Assembly: GCF_009914755.1 (NCBI RefSeq)
Contig: NC_060927.1
Length of the DNA stretch: 64,000 bases
Strand: one strand, 5' to 3'
DNA from: the human T2T-CHM13v2.0 reference genome, Homo sapiens
The translations under genes and the position numbers were made by a program. Positions 17,241-27,215 of the stretch are shown here, piece after piece. Each line of letters starts with the position of its first letter. The stretch's first letter is position 1. Under the pieces are notes generated by a model. It searched no databases. It was not told the origin of the DNA and saw only the letters and a list, made by a program, of their open reading frames with translations.

Positions 17241-17705
17241 GGTAATGGTTCATTTTATGTGTTAACTTGGCTAGGACACAGGGTGCTCAGATGTTTGTTC
17301 AAACTTTATTCTGGGTGTTTCTGTGAGGGTGTTTTTTGGATAGGATTAACATCTAAATTAGTGGACTTTGCGTAAAGAAGATTGCCCTCCATAATGTGAG
17401 TGGGCTTCAGGTCAGCTGAAAGTCTCAACAGAAAAAAAACACTGCCCACCCAGGAGCGAGGGAGAATTCTCCAGCAGATTGCCTTCGGATTTCATCTGTA
17501 GCATTGGCTCTTGTGGGTTCTGCAGCAGAATGCCTTTTGGACTGGAACATCAGCTCTTCCTGGGTCTCCAGTTTGCTGATCCACCCTGCAGATTTTGGAC
17601 TTCCCAGAGTCCATAATAGTGTGAGCCAGTTCTTTATAATAAATCTTCATCAATGTATATGCATATCCTATTGATTATGTTTTTTTGGAAAACTCTGATA
17701 ATACT
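17241..17705 (+). mobile_element. MLT2 (ERVL) solo LTR
   Basis: ATGGTTCATTTTATGTGTTAACTTGGCTAGG...GATTGCCCTCCATAATGTG...CCACCCTGCAGATTTTGGACTT...GTGAGCCAGTTCTTTATAATAAATC. Confidence 0.88.
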
Positions 17706-20657
17706 AGCTTTGTTAATAAATAAACTAGCTGTCCATTTCATATTGTGGCTACATATAATAGAGCATTTCTTTGATATTCATTATTTATTTGTAAAATACA
17801 TATATATATATATATATATTAATTAAAACTCATTAACCTTGTCAATTTGGGTGAATTCATGGCAGATGATGGACCACAAAACTCAAACCTTTCTAGATGG
17901 CTGAACTATAACCCTAAACTACTGATAGCAATGGATCAAGTTGAATTTAGTGTTTAAGAGACTGAAAGCCACAAAACCACATCAAGCACTATTGATTTTC
18001 TTTAAGTGCTGAAGCTTTTAAGGAAATCTTACAAAGAAGTGTATTGTACAAGACTGCCCCATCAATTTTGCTGAATTCTGAAAGTTGGATACAGTTTGGG
18101 AGAACTAAACAAATGGAGAGACCTTTGGGGTTAATAAAAGTAAAGTTCCCAAAGAATTGGTTCGTGGGAAATTGGAAAGACATCACAACCATTTAGCCTT
18201 GCTTCAGGGGAATGGTTGAAACCAGACATGCTATCATGCTGTCATCAAGGATAACAGAAAAAGGCTAAGATAGCACATGGACTGTCACGCTTCACTACTC
18301 TCCAAACACAGGGGACATGGCTAGCTCACCAATCATGCACTCCAGAACCACATCAGACATATGCATGACAAGAGCATCACACACAGGGCGCTGCTTTTAC
18401 AAATACTGTCGCCATACTAAATGATTTGTTTCAACTTGCCATTACCTATGTTCCCTGCCTCCTGATAGTTTACTTTATACATAATATCCAATACATTATA
18501 GGGAGTATGTGTTTCCAAGGCCAATCACCAAGCCTAATATTGGTCAGGCTATCTAAATGTAAATTCAAGATGTTTAAAGTGTATCTGATGATAACTTGAA
18601 TTAAAAAAATCATCTTGTGAACACAACGTCAAAAAAAAAATTAAAGATCGAAGTGAGGTTTGCTACTCCCTCACATCTGACTTACATATGGTCAGAATGC
18701 AAAATTACAAAAGTGGTGAATACACATAATCATAAGGCAGGTGAACATAGAGCTAAAACAAAGCTAGTTTTTCTTAGACAGTCAGAAAATACAGTATTTA
18801 TCATTGAAGTTGACACATCCATCTATTTATTTTCAGACGATAATTGGAGACCTTTATCTTCTTCTTACTCCTTATTTGTATACTGTTTATATTGAAATAT
18901 CTTCCATATCTAAATATTCCAAATTCTGCAGGGCTTTTTTCATAAAAATATTTTTTGCTTGATATTCTTCTTTACTTTATTAAGTAAATATGAATATTTG
19001 TTTTATACTTATTAAATTAAATATTTTATAGATATTTCTTAGAAATTGTTTTTACTAGAGTAGGAGATAGTTTAAAATTTAAATAAATGGCTTTGCATAC
19101 AAAATATCTATTTGAAGGTAAATTACATTATATAGTGAGGATCCACAGTTTCCTATACAAGCAACATAAATGTTTATATCAATTTAATATTTAGTAAATA
19201 TTAGACTTGTATAGAAATAAAACAGAATTTTCAGAATAACAAATATCATGAATGAAAAGGCACAAATATGTTTTGAGGAATATTTTTATACTTAAGATAC
19301 TTACAGCCACGGGCACCATTCGTCTGAATTTCTCCAATAACACAGGAAAATTTTCATTATACGATAAAAACCAAGTTACATTCTTGGAATAAGAAAACTT
19401 CGCCCATTGATTTAAGCATGCCTATAACACGGCACACAGAAAGACTTAAAAAATAATATTTCTGTAAGTTAGAAAAAAAAGATCATTATTTAAATGGCAA
19501 AATATTTTTTGCAATTGTATGAGAGATAGTTGAACACATATTTGAATAAATAATGCATCGTGTAAACATTTATGCCTTCTGTAGGGACATTTTAAAAAAT
19601 ATTTTAATCTTTTAAATGGGTTATCTATATATGTAGTTACAAAACATTGTTTTCTATTCTATATTTACAAAGCGTAGAAGCTGATGAATACTAAAGGCAA
19701 TTATTTTATTAAAGGTACATTAATATGTGTTTATTTAGTGCACCAAAGGGAGGGGTATGTTATTAAAATGTTATTAAACTTGTTCAGAAAAATAATATTT
19801 GTAATTTGGTAACCAGAGACAACTATATTTTAGGGGTAAGTGTGAAACCATAATCAGAAAATTTTAAACAGTAACTTTATTAGTTTTATAATTAAGAATT
19901 TCAAGAGAGAAGAGAAATCATATGTTAATCATTAAGCCAGAAAAAATGCATTTAAATGTTTCATACAAAAGTTGCAGCTGTTTTCATATAAGCATGTGTC
20001 TGTACTGTTTAACAGCAACAAAGGGAAAGTTGCAGAATTAGAACCAAAGAAGAACACTCAGGGACAAATGAACAGTCTGATGCCTTGAGTGTTTGAAGAT
20101 AGAACTCCCAAGCCAGAAAGTAATTTTACATTTTTAGTCTCCTCTTTAACATGAAATTAGTCATATATATTATGCTCGTGCTATAAAGACTGATCATAAT
20201 CACATATACTGATGAAGAGCCTTAAAATACTCCCTTTTTTGCTACTCTCTATAAAGTAACCAAGGGAAAGTAAGTATTTCTCTTATACGCATGAGAAGGC
20301 TGAGGTTAAGCAGCATACTTAAAAATAAAAAGCAAGTTAGAATAGCAGAGTGAGAATTACCTAAACCTATGTTTATAATGTAGCTTGAAGAATGTAAATG
20401 AGACATCACTGTGGATCCCAGATGACAAGGGTTCTCTTTGTTGTGCTATCAGATTTCATCCTATTGAGACATTTTCATCTCAGATTCTACTGGATGGATG
20501 ATTGTTTTGAGATTCTTATGCAAGCAACTGTTTTACTATAGAAAAGTTGTACTCCTATATTCTAGTGTTCTGGAAGCATGTTATTGCCCATATATGCTTA
20601 TATGAAAATAGGTCAGAGGCCCATTGACCTTCACATTCTTGCCTTTTATTGATATAG

Positions 20658-20881
20658 GCGATACTGTACAACAAAGGCAGCATCGATGCTCTCTTCAACA
20701 TGACCCCTCCAACTTCAGCTTTGGGGGCCTGCTTTGTTTTCAGTCCCAAGGAAGGCATCATTGAACCAAGTGGAGTCCAAGCTATCCAGATCTCCTTCAG
20801 CTCTACCATCCTGGGAAACTTTGAAGAAGAGTTCCTGGTCAATGTCAATGGGTCACCTGAGCCTGTGAAACTGACCATTAG
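20658..20881 (+). pseudogene. HYDINP1: Solitary HYDIN exon copy (ASH/Ig-like domain; single-exon HYDIN pseudogene fragment)
   Basis: Translates without stops as AILYNKGSIDALFNMTPPTSALGACFVFSPKEGIIEPSGVQAIQISFSSTILGNFEEEFLVNVNGSPEPVKLTIR, which I recognise as HYDIN N-terminal-region sequence. Acceptor ...CTTGCCTTTTATTGATATAG| (AG 20656-20657), donor AG|GTAAGG (GT 20882-20883), 224 bp, phase 0-2. No other HYDIN exon seen in 64 kb. The symbol HYDINP1 is from recall and tentative. Confidence 0.85.
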
Positions 20882-21204
20882 GTAAGGTACATTTATAATG
20901 AATGTAGAAACTAACAGAAGTTTTAACCTATTGCCTTTTTAGCTTTTTAAGTAGATCCTGTCTTGGATGCTGATGACTATCTTTGTTGATATGAACACAT
21001 CAGCATAATAGAGTGTGTTAAATTTCCATCAGTGTTTCCCTAGTGAGCATGTATAAGTTATTATAGATACAGATGCTGTTTGGAGATCTAGTTTTTCTAC
21101 AAGTTATAGTCTTATAAAATAAGGATTTAGACATTAAACTAGCTTCTAGTTACTCTCTATGTCTTAGGATGTTTAGAGAAAATAAGTTATTACAGTAACA
21201 CCTG

Positions 21205-21210
21205 AATAAA
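21205..21210 (+). promoter_or_regulatory. Polyadenylation signal AATAAA of the mobilised HYDIN fragment
   Basis: AATAAA ending 31 nt before the start of the poly(A) run at 21242. Confidence 0.7.
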
Positions 21211-22379
21211 ATCATCTGGGCTAAGCTTTGGCCATTATCACAAAAAAAAAAAAAAAAAAAAAAAAAGTTGCAGCTGTTCCAGATGATTCTGAATAAAGTT
21301 CAGCAATGAAAATGTGATTTTTCCCCAGAAAATAAGTACTGTTACAGAGCAATTTTAGAGCTTCCTAACAGCTCAATTTTGAAAGAAGAGTTTAAAGAGT
21401 CAGTTTCTTATTAAAAGAAATATTTCAATTACTAGGAAAATATTGGTTTTATATCATTATTGAAGAGGTGATAAATTTTGAATGATAGGGTTTTGTAGAA
21501 AACAAGTCACTTTCTCCACTAAATAAAAAAAATTTAGCTCTCCAAAAAGAGGCAGTTAATTTCAGATTAAAGCTAGAAAATTGTCAGTGGAAAGAGAACT
21601 GTTAGTTGAGAAGAAGGCCTACTACATCTGCTATACTTAACACATATTTATCTGAATTATCAGAGTTCTGTAGGAAAGAAGTTGGTACTTCCATTGAATT
21701 AAAGTTGTGTTATTTATGTTAAGGGTCATGGCTATTTTCTAATGTGTTAAAAATTACTACATAATTAATATAGTCCATAATTAATATAATCCAGTTAAAA
21801 ATATTGATACTATTTTCCCCTACCTCTTGTGTTCAATAAAGGAAGCTAGTCTTACTCAATAATATTTCTTTTCTTATAAATATACCTTAAATAAAGTTAA
21901 GTCATGAATACCAACTTGATGTACATGCTCAATCACTTTCGCAAATCCAAGACTTCATTGCCCTGTACACAACTTAGATTGAAAACCTCAGTAGAAAAAA
22001 ATTTAATGGATTGCAATCTATTTTTCTAATTAAATCCTATAATTTCTCACGTCAATTCATGATTTAATATACACCTGCAGGACAGATTAAGATGCCAGCC
22101 CAGCTTTCCATAGCTGATTCACCATCTTGGGAGGCCCAAGTGTCCTCCAAGCATGGAAGTTTTGGGGATGTTCCAGAAGGTTTCAGGATGTCTTTTATAA
22201 GTAACAGGAAAAGAACAGTTTACTTTTGCCTTTGATGATGCCTGATACTAGCATGGGAGTTGAACATCATTTGGACTGAAGGTACACATTTGTCTCCTAT
22301 GCACCGAGCCTCCTGAGATTCTTGCTATATCTCCCAACTGATTAACATGGTGTTCTACACTTGAGTGTTTCCGTAACTC

Positions 22380-22537
22380 TTCTCTTCTTGGACGCACACC
22401 ACCCTTCTCCAGTATGACCCCATTTGACATAATCACATCTGCAAAGACCCTATTTCTAATTAAGGTCACACTATGAAATACCAACAGTTAGGACTTTAAT
22501 ATATCTTTTAAGGTAATACAGTTCAACACATAAACAA
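22380..22537 (-). mobile_element. MLT1B/C-type LTR fragment
   Basis: CCAGTATGACCCCAT...ACATCTGCAAAGACCCTATTTCTAATTAAGGTCACA...GTTAGGACTT. Confidence 0.7.
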
Positions 22538-22574
22538 GCCTATTTATAAAGCCATTTTTTAAATAAAAATGGAA

Positions 22575-22765
22575 TATGGTATAATAAATACATATACACA
22601 TAAATAAAATATGTGTCTACATATTTATTATATGTTTATTATAAAATAATATAATTTATATGTTAATATATATTTATTATTATAAAATACTAAATATTGT
22701 ATATATAGTATTATATATAAGACATAAATAAAAATATACGTATACACATATGCACATGTAAAATA
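22575..22765. repeat. AT-rich low-complexity / degenerate (TA)n
   Basis: Direct inspection. Confidence 0.65.
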
Positions 22766-24599
22766 AATCAAATGTCATCACAGATATATCAAAATATTGC
22801 AACCTGATTGAAAGGAAAATAGCAAGTAACTGCATCCCATTCAATATTGGGGTGCAGTTCCCATCAAATCTTTCTTCTGAGAACAAATTCTAAGTAAATA
22901 CTTCAAAACATGGGGAAAAAAACTCCAAGAATGTTAATTGCTGAATTATTACAGTAAAAAAATCAAATCTTGGGTATGATTAAATAAACATAACGCACCT
23001 ACTAGGTCTAATTTAAAATATCAAAATGTACACAACCATATGTAAAATTTGGGGAAGAACTGCATAGAACTACAAAATTTTGGATTTTACTGAAAAAATT
23101 ATGAATAAGAGATTTCTTTCAATTTTCCAAAATTTCTGTATCATTGAATTGTCACATATGTGATTTATAAAACTTACATTAAGTTAGAAATTGTGATTAT
23201 AAAGTTTTATAACCATGAAAGTTCAGAAACAAAATTTCTATTCAAAAATTTGTTGTTCAAACTATATTGAAAATAAGGTACTATAGGCTTCAGAGAAGTT
23301 TTCAAACTAATATTGTATTCACAGCATTTCAATCTTCTTATGGAACTCTACTTATTTCAGGATAATCCAGCACTACATGTAATTAACATAATAGATCCCT
23401 GATAAAAATGATCTTCCACTAGTAGAAACAAATGAAAGTGCCAGATAATTCGCTAATGAAAATATACCCGTTTTGAAGTTAAAAATATTGATACTAGTTT
23501 TTCTTCCTGCTTGAGTTCATTAAAATGCAAGATTATTTTACTTACTCAATAACATTCCTTTCCTTATAAATGTATCTGAAGAAATAAAGGTGAATAACGA
23601 TGCCAACATGATAAATGTTTTAGGTTGATTTGTCACTTTGTATATTTATCTCCACCATTCTGGATCTGTTTGTGTGTTATTCAGTATGTTGATTTCTGTC
23701 TGTCTTGAAATACCATCCTTCTCATTCCCTTTATTATGTAACTGGCAGGGGCATAGCATGCTTTTTTAACCGCAAGACTCCTTAATCCTATTCCATTGTG
23801 TGATACTATTAAAATATGCTAACTAAGGTGAATTTAAGGAACAACATACAGACATTTTGAAAGGTTATGATCATGACAATCCATAGCTTTAGAGTTGGTT
23901 TAATTGAATTAATTGTTGCTCAAAAGAATCTGAGGAACAAAGAACTCAATGACTGAACATTTTCATGGAAAAATTTTTGACCTTTTCAATATCAATGCAT
24001 TGATTGGCAGATTATTCTACTCTCTCACAACAAAAGAATTTTATAAGAAAAAAGTGGAGATAATATTTGAAAAGATAGAAAATCTATGCAGAAGAGGAAA
24101 TACCAACGCATAATAGGATTCAGAAGGAATAGCAAGTATAACATTTTGTCATTTGTTATAGTCATAAAAATTCTAATTTACTTATTCTCATAACATTAAG
24201 AATATTACCTTCTATTATATTCTTAATTTATATCAGTGACTAGCTTCATTTTATCCAATGATGTCTCTGGTTTAAAAAGAGATTATTTTCTTTCTTTCTC
24301 TCTGTTGTGCAATTCTAAATAAGTATTTTATGAATTTATAATGTTTAACTCGGTTACTTTAATCTGCATCTTCAACAAACATGTTCTTTAGAAAATCACA
24401 AGGCAGAAATCAAACTGCACCACATGAAAGGCGGCAATAGGCTACTCAGAGGAAACATTGAGCAGAGTAGCCACCCCAGAGGTGACAATCAAGTTGAATG
24501 AAGTTGTTTACTTTCATAAACACACGGTACCCTCTAAGCTTGGCAATGACTATTGATTTCTACTTGGAATTTCTAACGTTCAGTGTAGCGTATTCTGCT

Positions 24600-24885
24600 C
24601 AAACTCATACATTTCTTTCAAAGGTTCAGATGTCATGTTCTCTGTGAAATTTTTCCTAACCTTTTCAAATTAAATTAGGGATTCCTTTTTTGAATTTTTC
24701 ATTACCCACTACAGACAGTAGCTCCAAAATTGAATGTACCTTTCAGTGTTGTAATGTCATTATGTTTGCCTCCATGACACAATGAGCTCTTTCTGGTCAG
24801 AATCAGTACTTATGACACTATATTTTCAGTAGTGTAGAGTTGGCATTCAAATATCACTTTTTTTAAAAGGAATGAATGCAATGAC
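24600..24885 (+). mobile_element. L2 3' end remnant
   Basis: TCAGATGTCATGTTCTCTGTGAAATTTTTCCTAACC...ATGAGCTC...GAATGAATG tail. Confidence 0.45.
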
Positions 24886-24948
24886 ACTTATTTAATATTT
24901 ACCAGAGCATTTTGTCCTTGCTTTGTCTTCCATTTAAGTTTACAAGGC

Positions 24949-25116
24949 TGTTCACTGTGTATACAAGTGCTAAGTTTTATTCTCAAAACTATATTTTAAA
25001 TATTTAAGTTGAATAAAGTAATTTTACTGTATATACAAGTGTTCACTGTACATAGAAGTGATACTTTTTATTCTCAAAAATATATTTTAAATATTTAATT
25101 CAAATAAAGTGATTTT
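24949..25116 (+). repeat. Tandem duplication, ~91-bp period, about 1.8 copies
   Basis: TGTTCACTGT...TTTATTCTCAAAA(C/A)TATATTTTAAATATTTAA...AATAAAGT(A/G)ATTTT starting at 24949 and 25040. Confidence 0.8.
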
Positions 25117-26042
25117 GTTCAATGGAAGTAAAAGGAAAATCTATAACACCTCATATTTGGCCCAAAGTGCCCCCAAATTAGTAAACATCTTAGCTGTAAA
25201 AACACAAAAGCGAGTGAAGGGAAATAACTGTGTGCTTCGAGGAGCATCCCAAATGCTAACGTGAATTATAATGCATGTTAAATCCAAATTGACAAGTAGA
25301 TCCTGATTTAGAAGTGACAAAAGAGACAGTAACAGGAGATGGGCAGTCAAAATCCGTCTTGCATTTGGCATTTACAACTAATGTTTATTCCTAGATGCTA
25401 AATGATATTGTTGTCAGGAATAGTAATTGTAAAAAGTAAAAAGAAATGTATTCTATGTTTAATGGATCCTGTATTTAGTGGATATTAACAAGAAGATGTC
25501 AATAAAAGTTGATAAAAATGAAAAGACATCTCTAAGTGTTCCTGTTTTTATTGATGAGTCACTTTTTGTTAGCACCAGATGAAATAACCACATATTTTCA
25601 TAGAATTACATTGCTTCTTTAACCAATGTCTTTATCCTGGACTTACTAATTATCATTATCATAAAAGTCATTTGTCTTTTTCTATCAAAAAGTAGGATGG
25701 ATATATGTAAGTGCAAGATGAAATGAGATATTCCATAAATTAAAGGGCAAGTACATAAATATGTCAACAAGAAGAGGTAAATAAACAAAGGAAAATAACT
25801 TCTAAGATTGCAGACCAAATATGGCATGATAGAGAACATAATTCTCAACAGCTCAAGGTTCTGGACATCAACCATCTAGATGCTTTCTATAAGTTTTTCA
25901 GGCATAAAAAATTATTACTTAGAAGAAAATATTTTAATGTTGGAATTTAGAAGGTGATGCTAGAAACTTTAAAGACTTTTTTTATGGTCAATTTTTAACT
26001 TTTACTTGACTTTTTTTTAGAATTGTCTGCTTTATGGGAGAT

Positions 26043-26125
26043 TTTATATATATAATATATATAATTATATATATAATATAGGAATATATATGAATATTAT
26101 ATATACATTCACATATATATATATG
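26043..26125. repeat. Degenerate (TA)n
   Basis: Direct inspection. Confidence 0.75.
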
Positions 26126-27114
26126 AAACAAAAGCTTGGAGGTTAAATGACCCAGGTATTCAACTTGCAAATGAGAGAGAATGAAAGACAGCATGGTCTA
26201 TAAGTTTTATCAACTCCATTTTATCTCTTAGCTGCATAATTTCTGACCAATTTTTAAATTGTGTGCAAAGCATCACCAACTGCATACTGTAGTAACTCTA
26301 AATCAGAATCGCTTTTTCGTTCCTTCGTTGTTTTAATCCACTATTTTTTTACTAACACAAAGAACTGAAACTAAAAAAAAATCAGTTGAAACGTGGATGC
26401 ATTTGTTTTCTAATAATTTTAATTAAAAAAATTGCAGACCTTTCTTTTAGTACTGATGTAAACTATTACTTGATTTTTTGTTTTTAAACTACAAAGATTT
26501 AAAATGGATCTAGAATAATAAATAATGCTTTACCTCATCCAAGGTTATCTTTTTTATAACCTTTATTAATGCTAAGGTAAAATATACATTGACTATAAAT
26601 AGATCAACAATGTTTTTACTACTCATACTATTTTACAAAAACCTTTAATTCATGAGGGAAAAGAAAGCAATATAATACGATATTTTCTTCAGGCCAAATA
26701 GCAGTAAAAACCTGATAATTAATGTGTTTACTTATTAATTTTTTTGCTTGCTTTAGAAACAGCCTGAATGAAGTATGTTATATGGCTTTATATATACGGC
26801 CTCATTGCTGAAATAATAAGAAAAATGAGATAAATGGTGCAAACACTGTGACAATATGGTGTATACTACTTTACTAAGCAAAACTTAGGAGTCTAAAGTC
26901 CAAATCACATTCCCAGTTCTCTTACAAGGCAATTGAAACTCAAATTATTTAGACATCTAGAGCACCATTAAGTACCAGCATGTTAACAGGGATGATACTA
27001 TGAAAAGAGGAAAGATCTTTTTATTGCATCATTCTCGTTAACATTCTACTATTTAATGAGACAATATCTTGGTTACAAGACCTATACTTCCATCCTTGCG
27101 CCTTCACCAATGGA

Positions 27115-27215
27115 CAGTCAGCTCCCACAAGTCATTTAACCTCCCAGCTTTTGTTTTCTCATCTAGAAATGATCACAACATTGATGACTCCTTGATGTTC
27201 TTACATGATAATGTA
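27115..27215 (+). mobile_element. MIR fragment
   Basis: CAAGTCATTTAACCTC...GTTTTCTCATCTAGAAATG core. Confidence 0.5.

Larger units (their letters stand above)
19983..21262 (+). mobile_element. Retrotransposed, unspliced HYDIN genomic/pre-mRNA fragment (orphan transduction or trans-mobilised RNA)
   Basis: 16-bp direct repeat AAAAGTTGCAGCTGTT at 19967-19982 and 21263-21278; uninterrupted A-run 21242-21266; AATAAA at 21205-21210; contains a HYDIN exon with flanking intron; no recognisable L1 or Alu inside. Confidence 0.85.

Noticed and set aside
20026-20035. Alternative left TSD AAAGTTGCAG (and AAAAGTTG at 20542-20549)
   Set aside because: Shorter than the perfect 16-bp match at 19967-19982; kept only as a junction curiosity.
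20555-20878. 107-aa minus-strand ORF
   Set aside because: Antisense shadow of the HYDIN exon.
20700-20885. 61-aa ORF as a standalone gene
   Set aside because: The ATG is an internal Met of the exon, whose frame begins at the acceptor at 20658; no promoter evidence.
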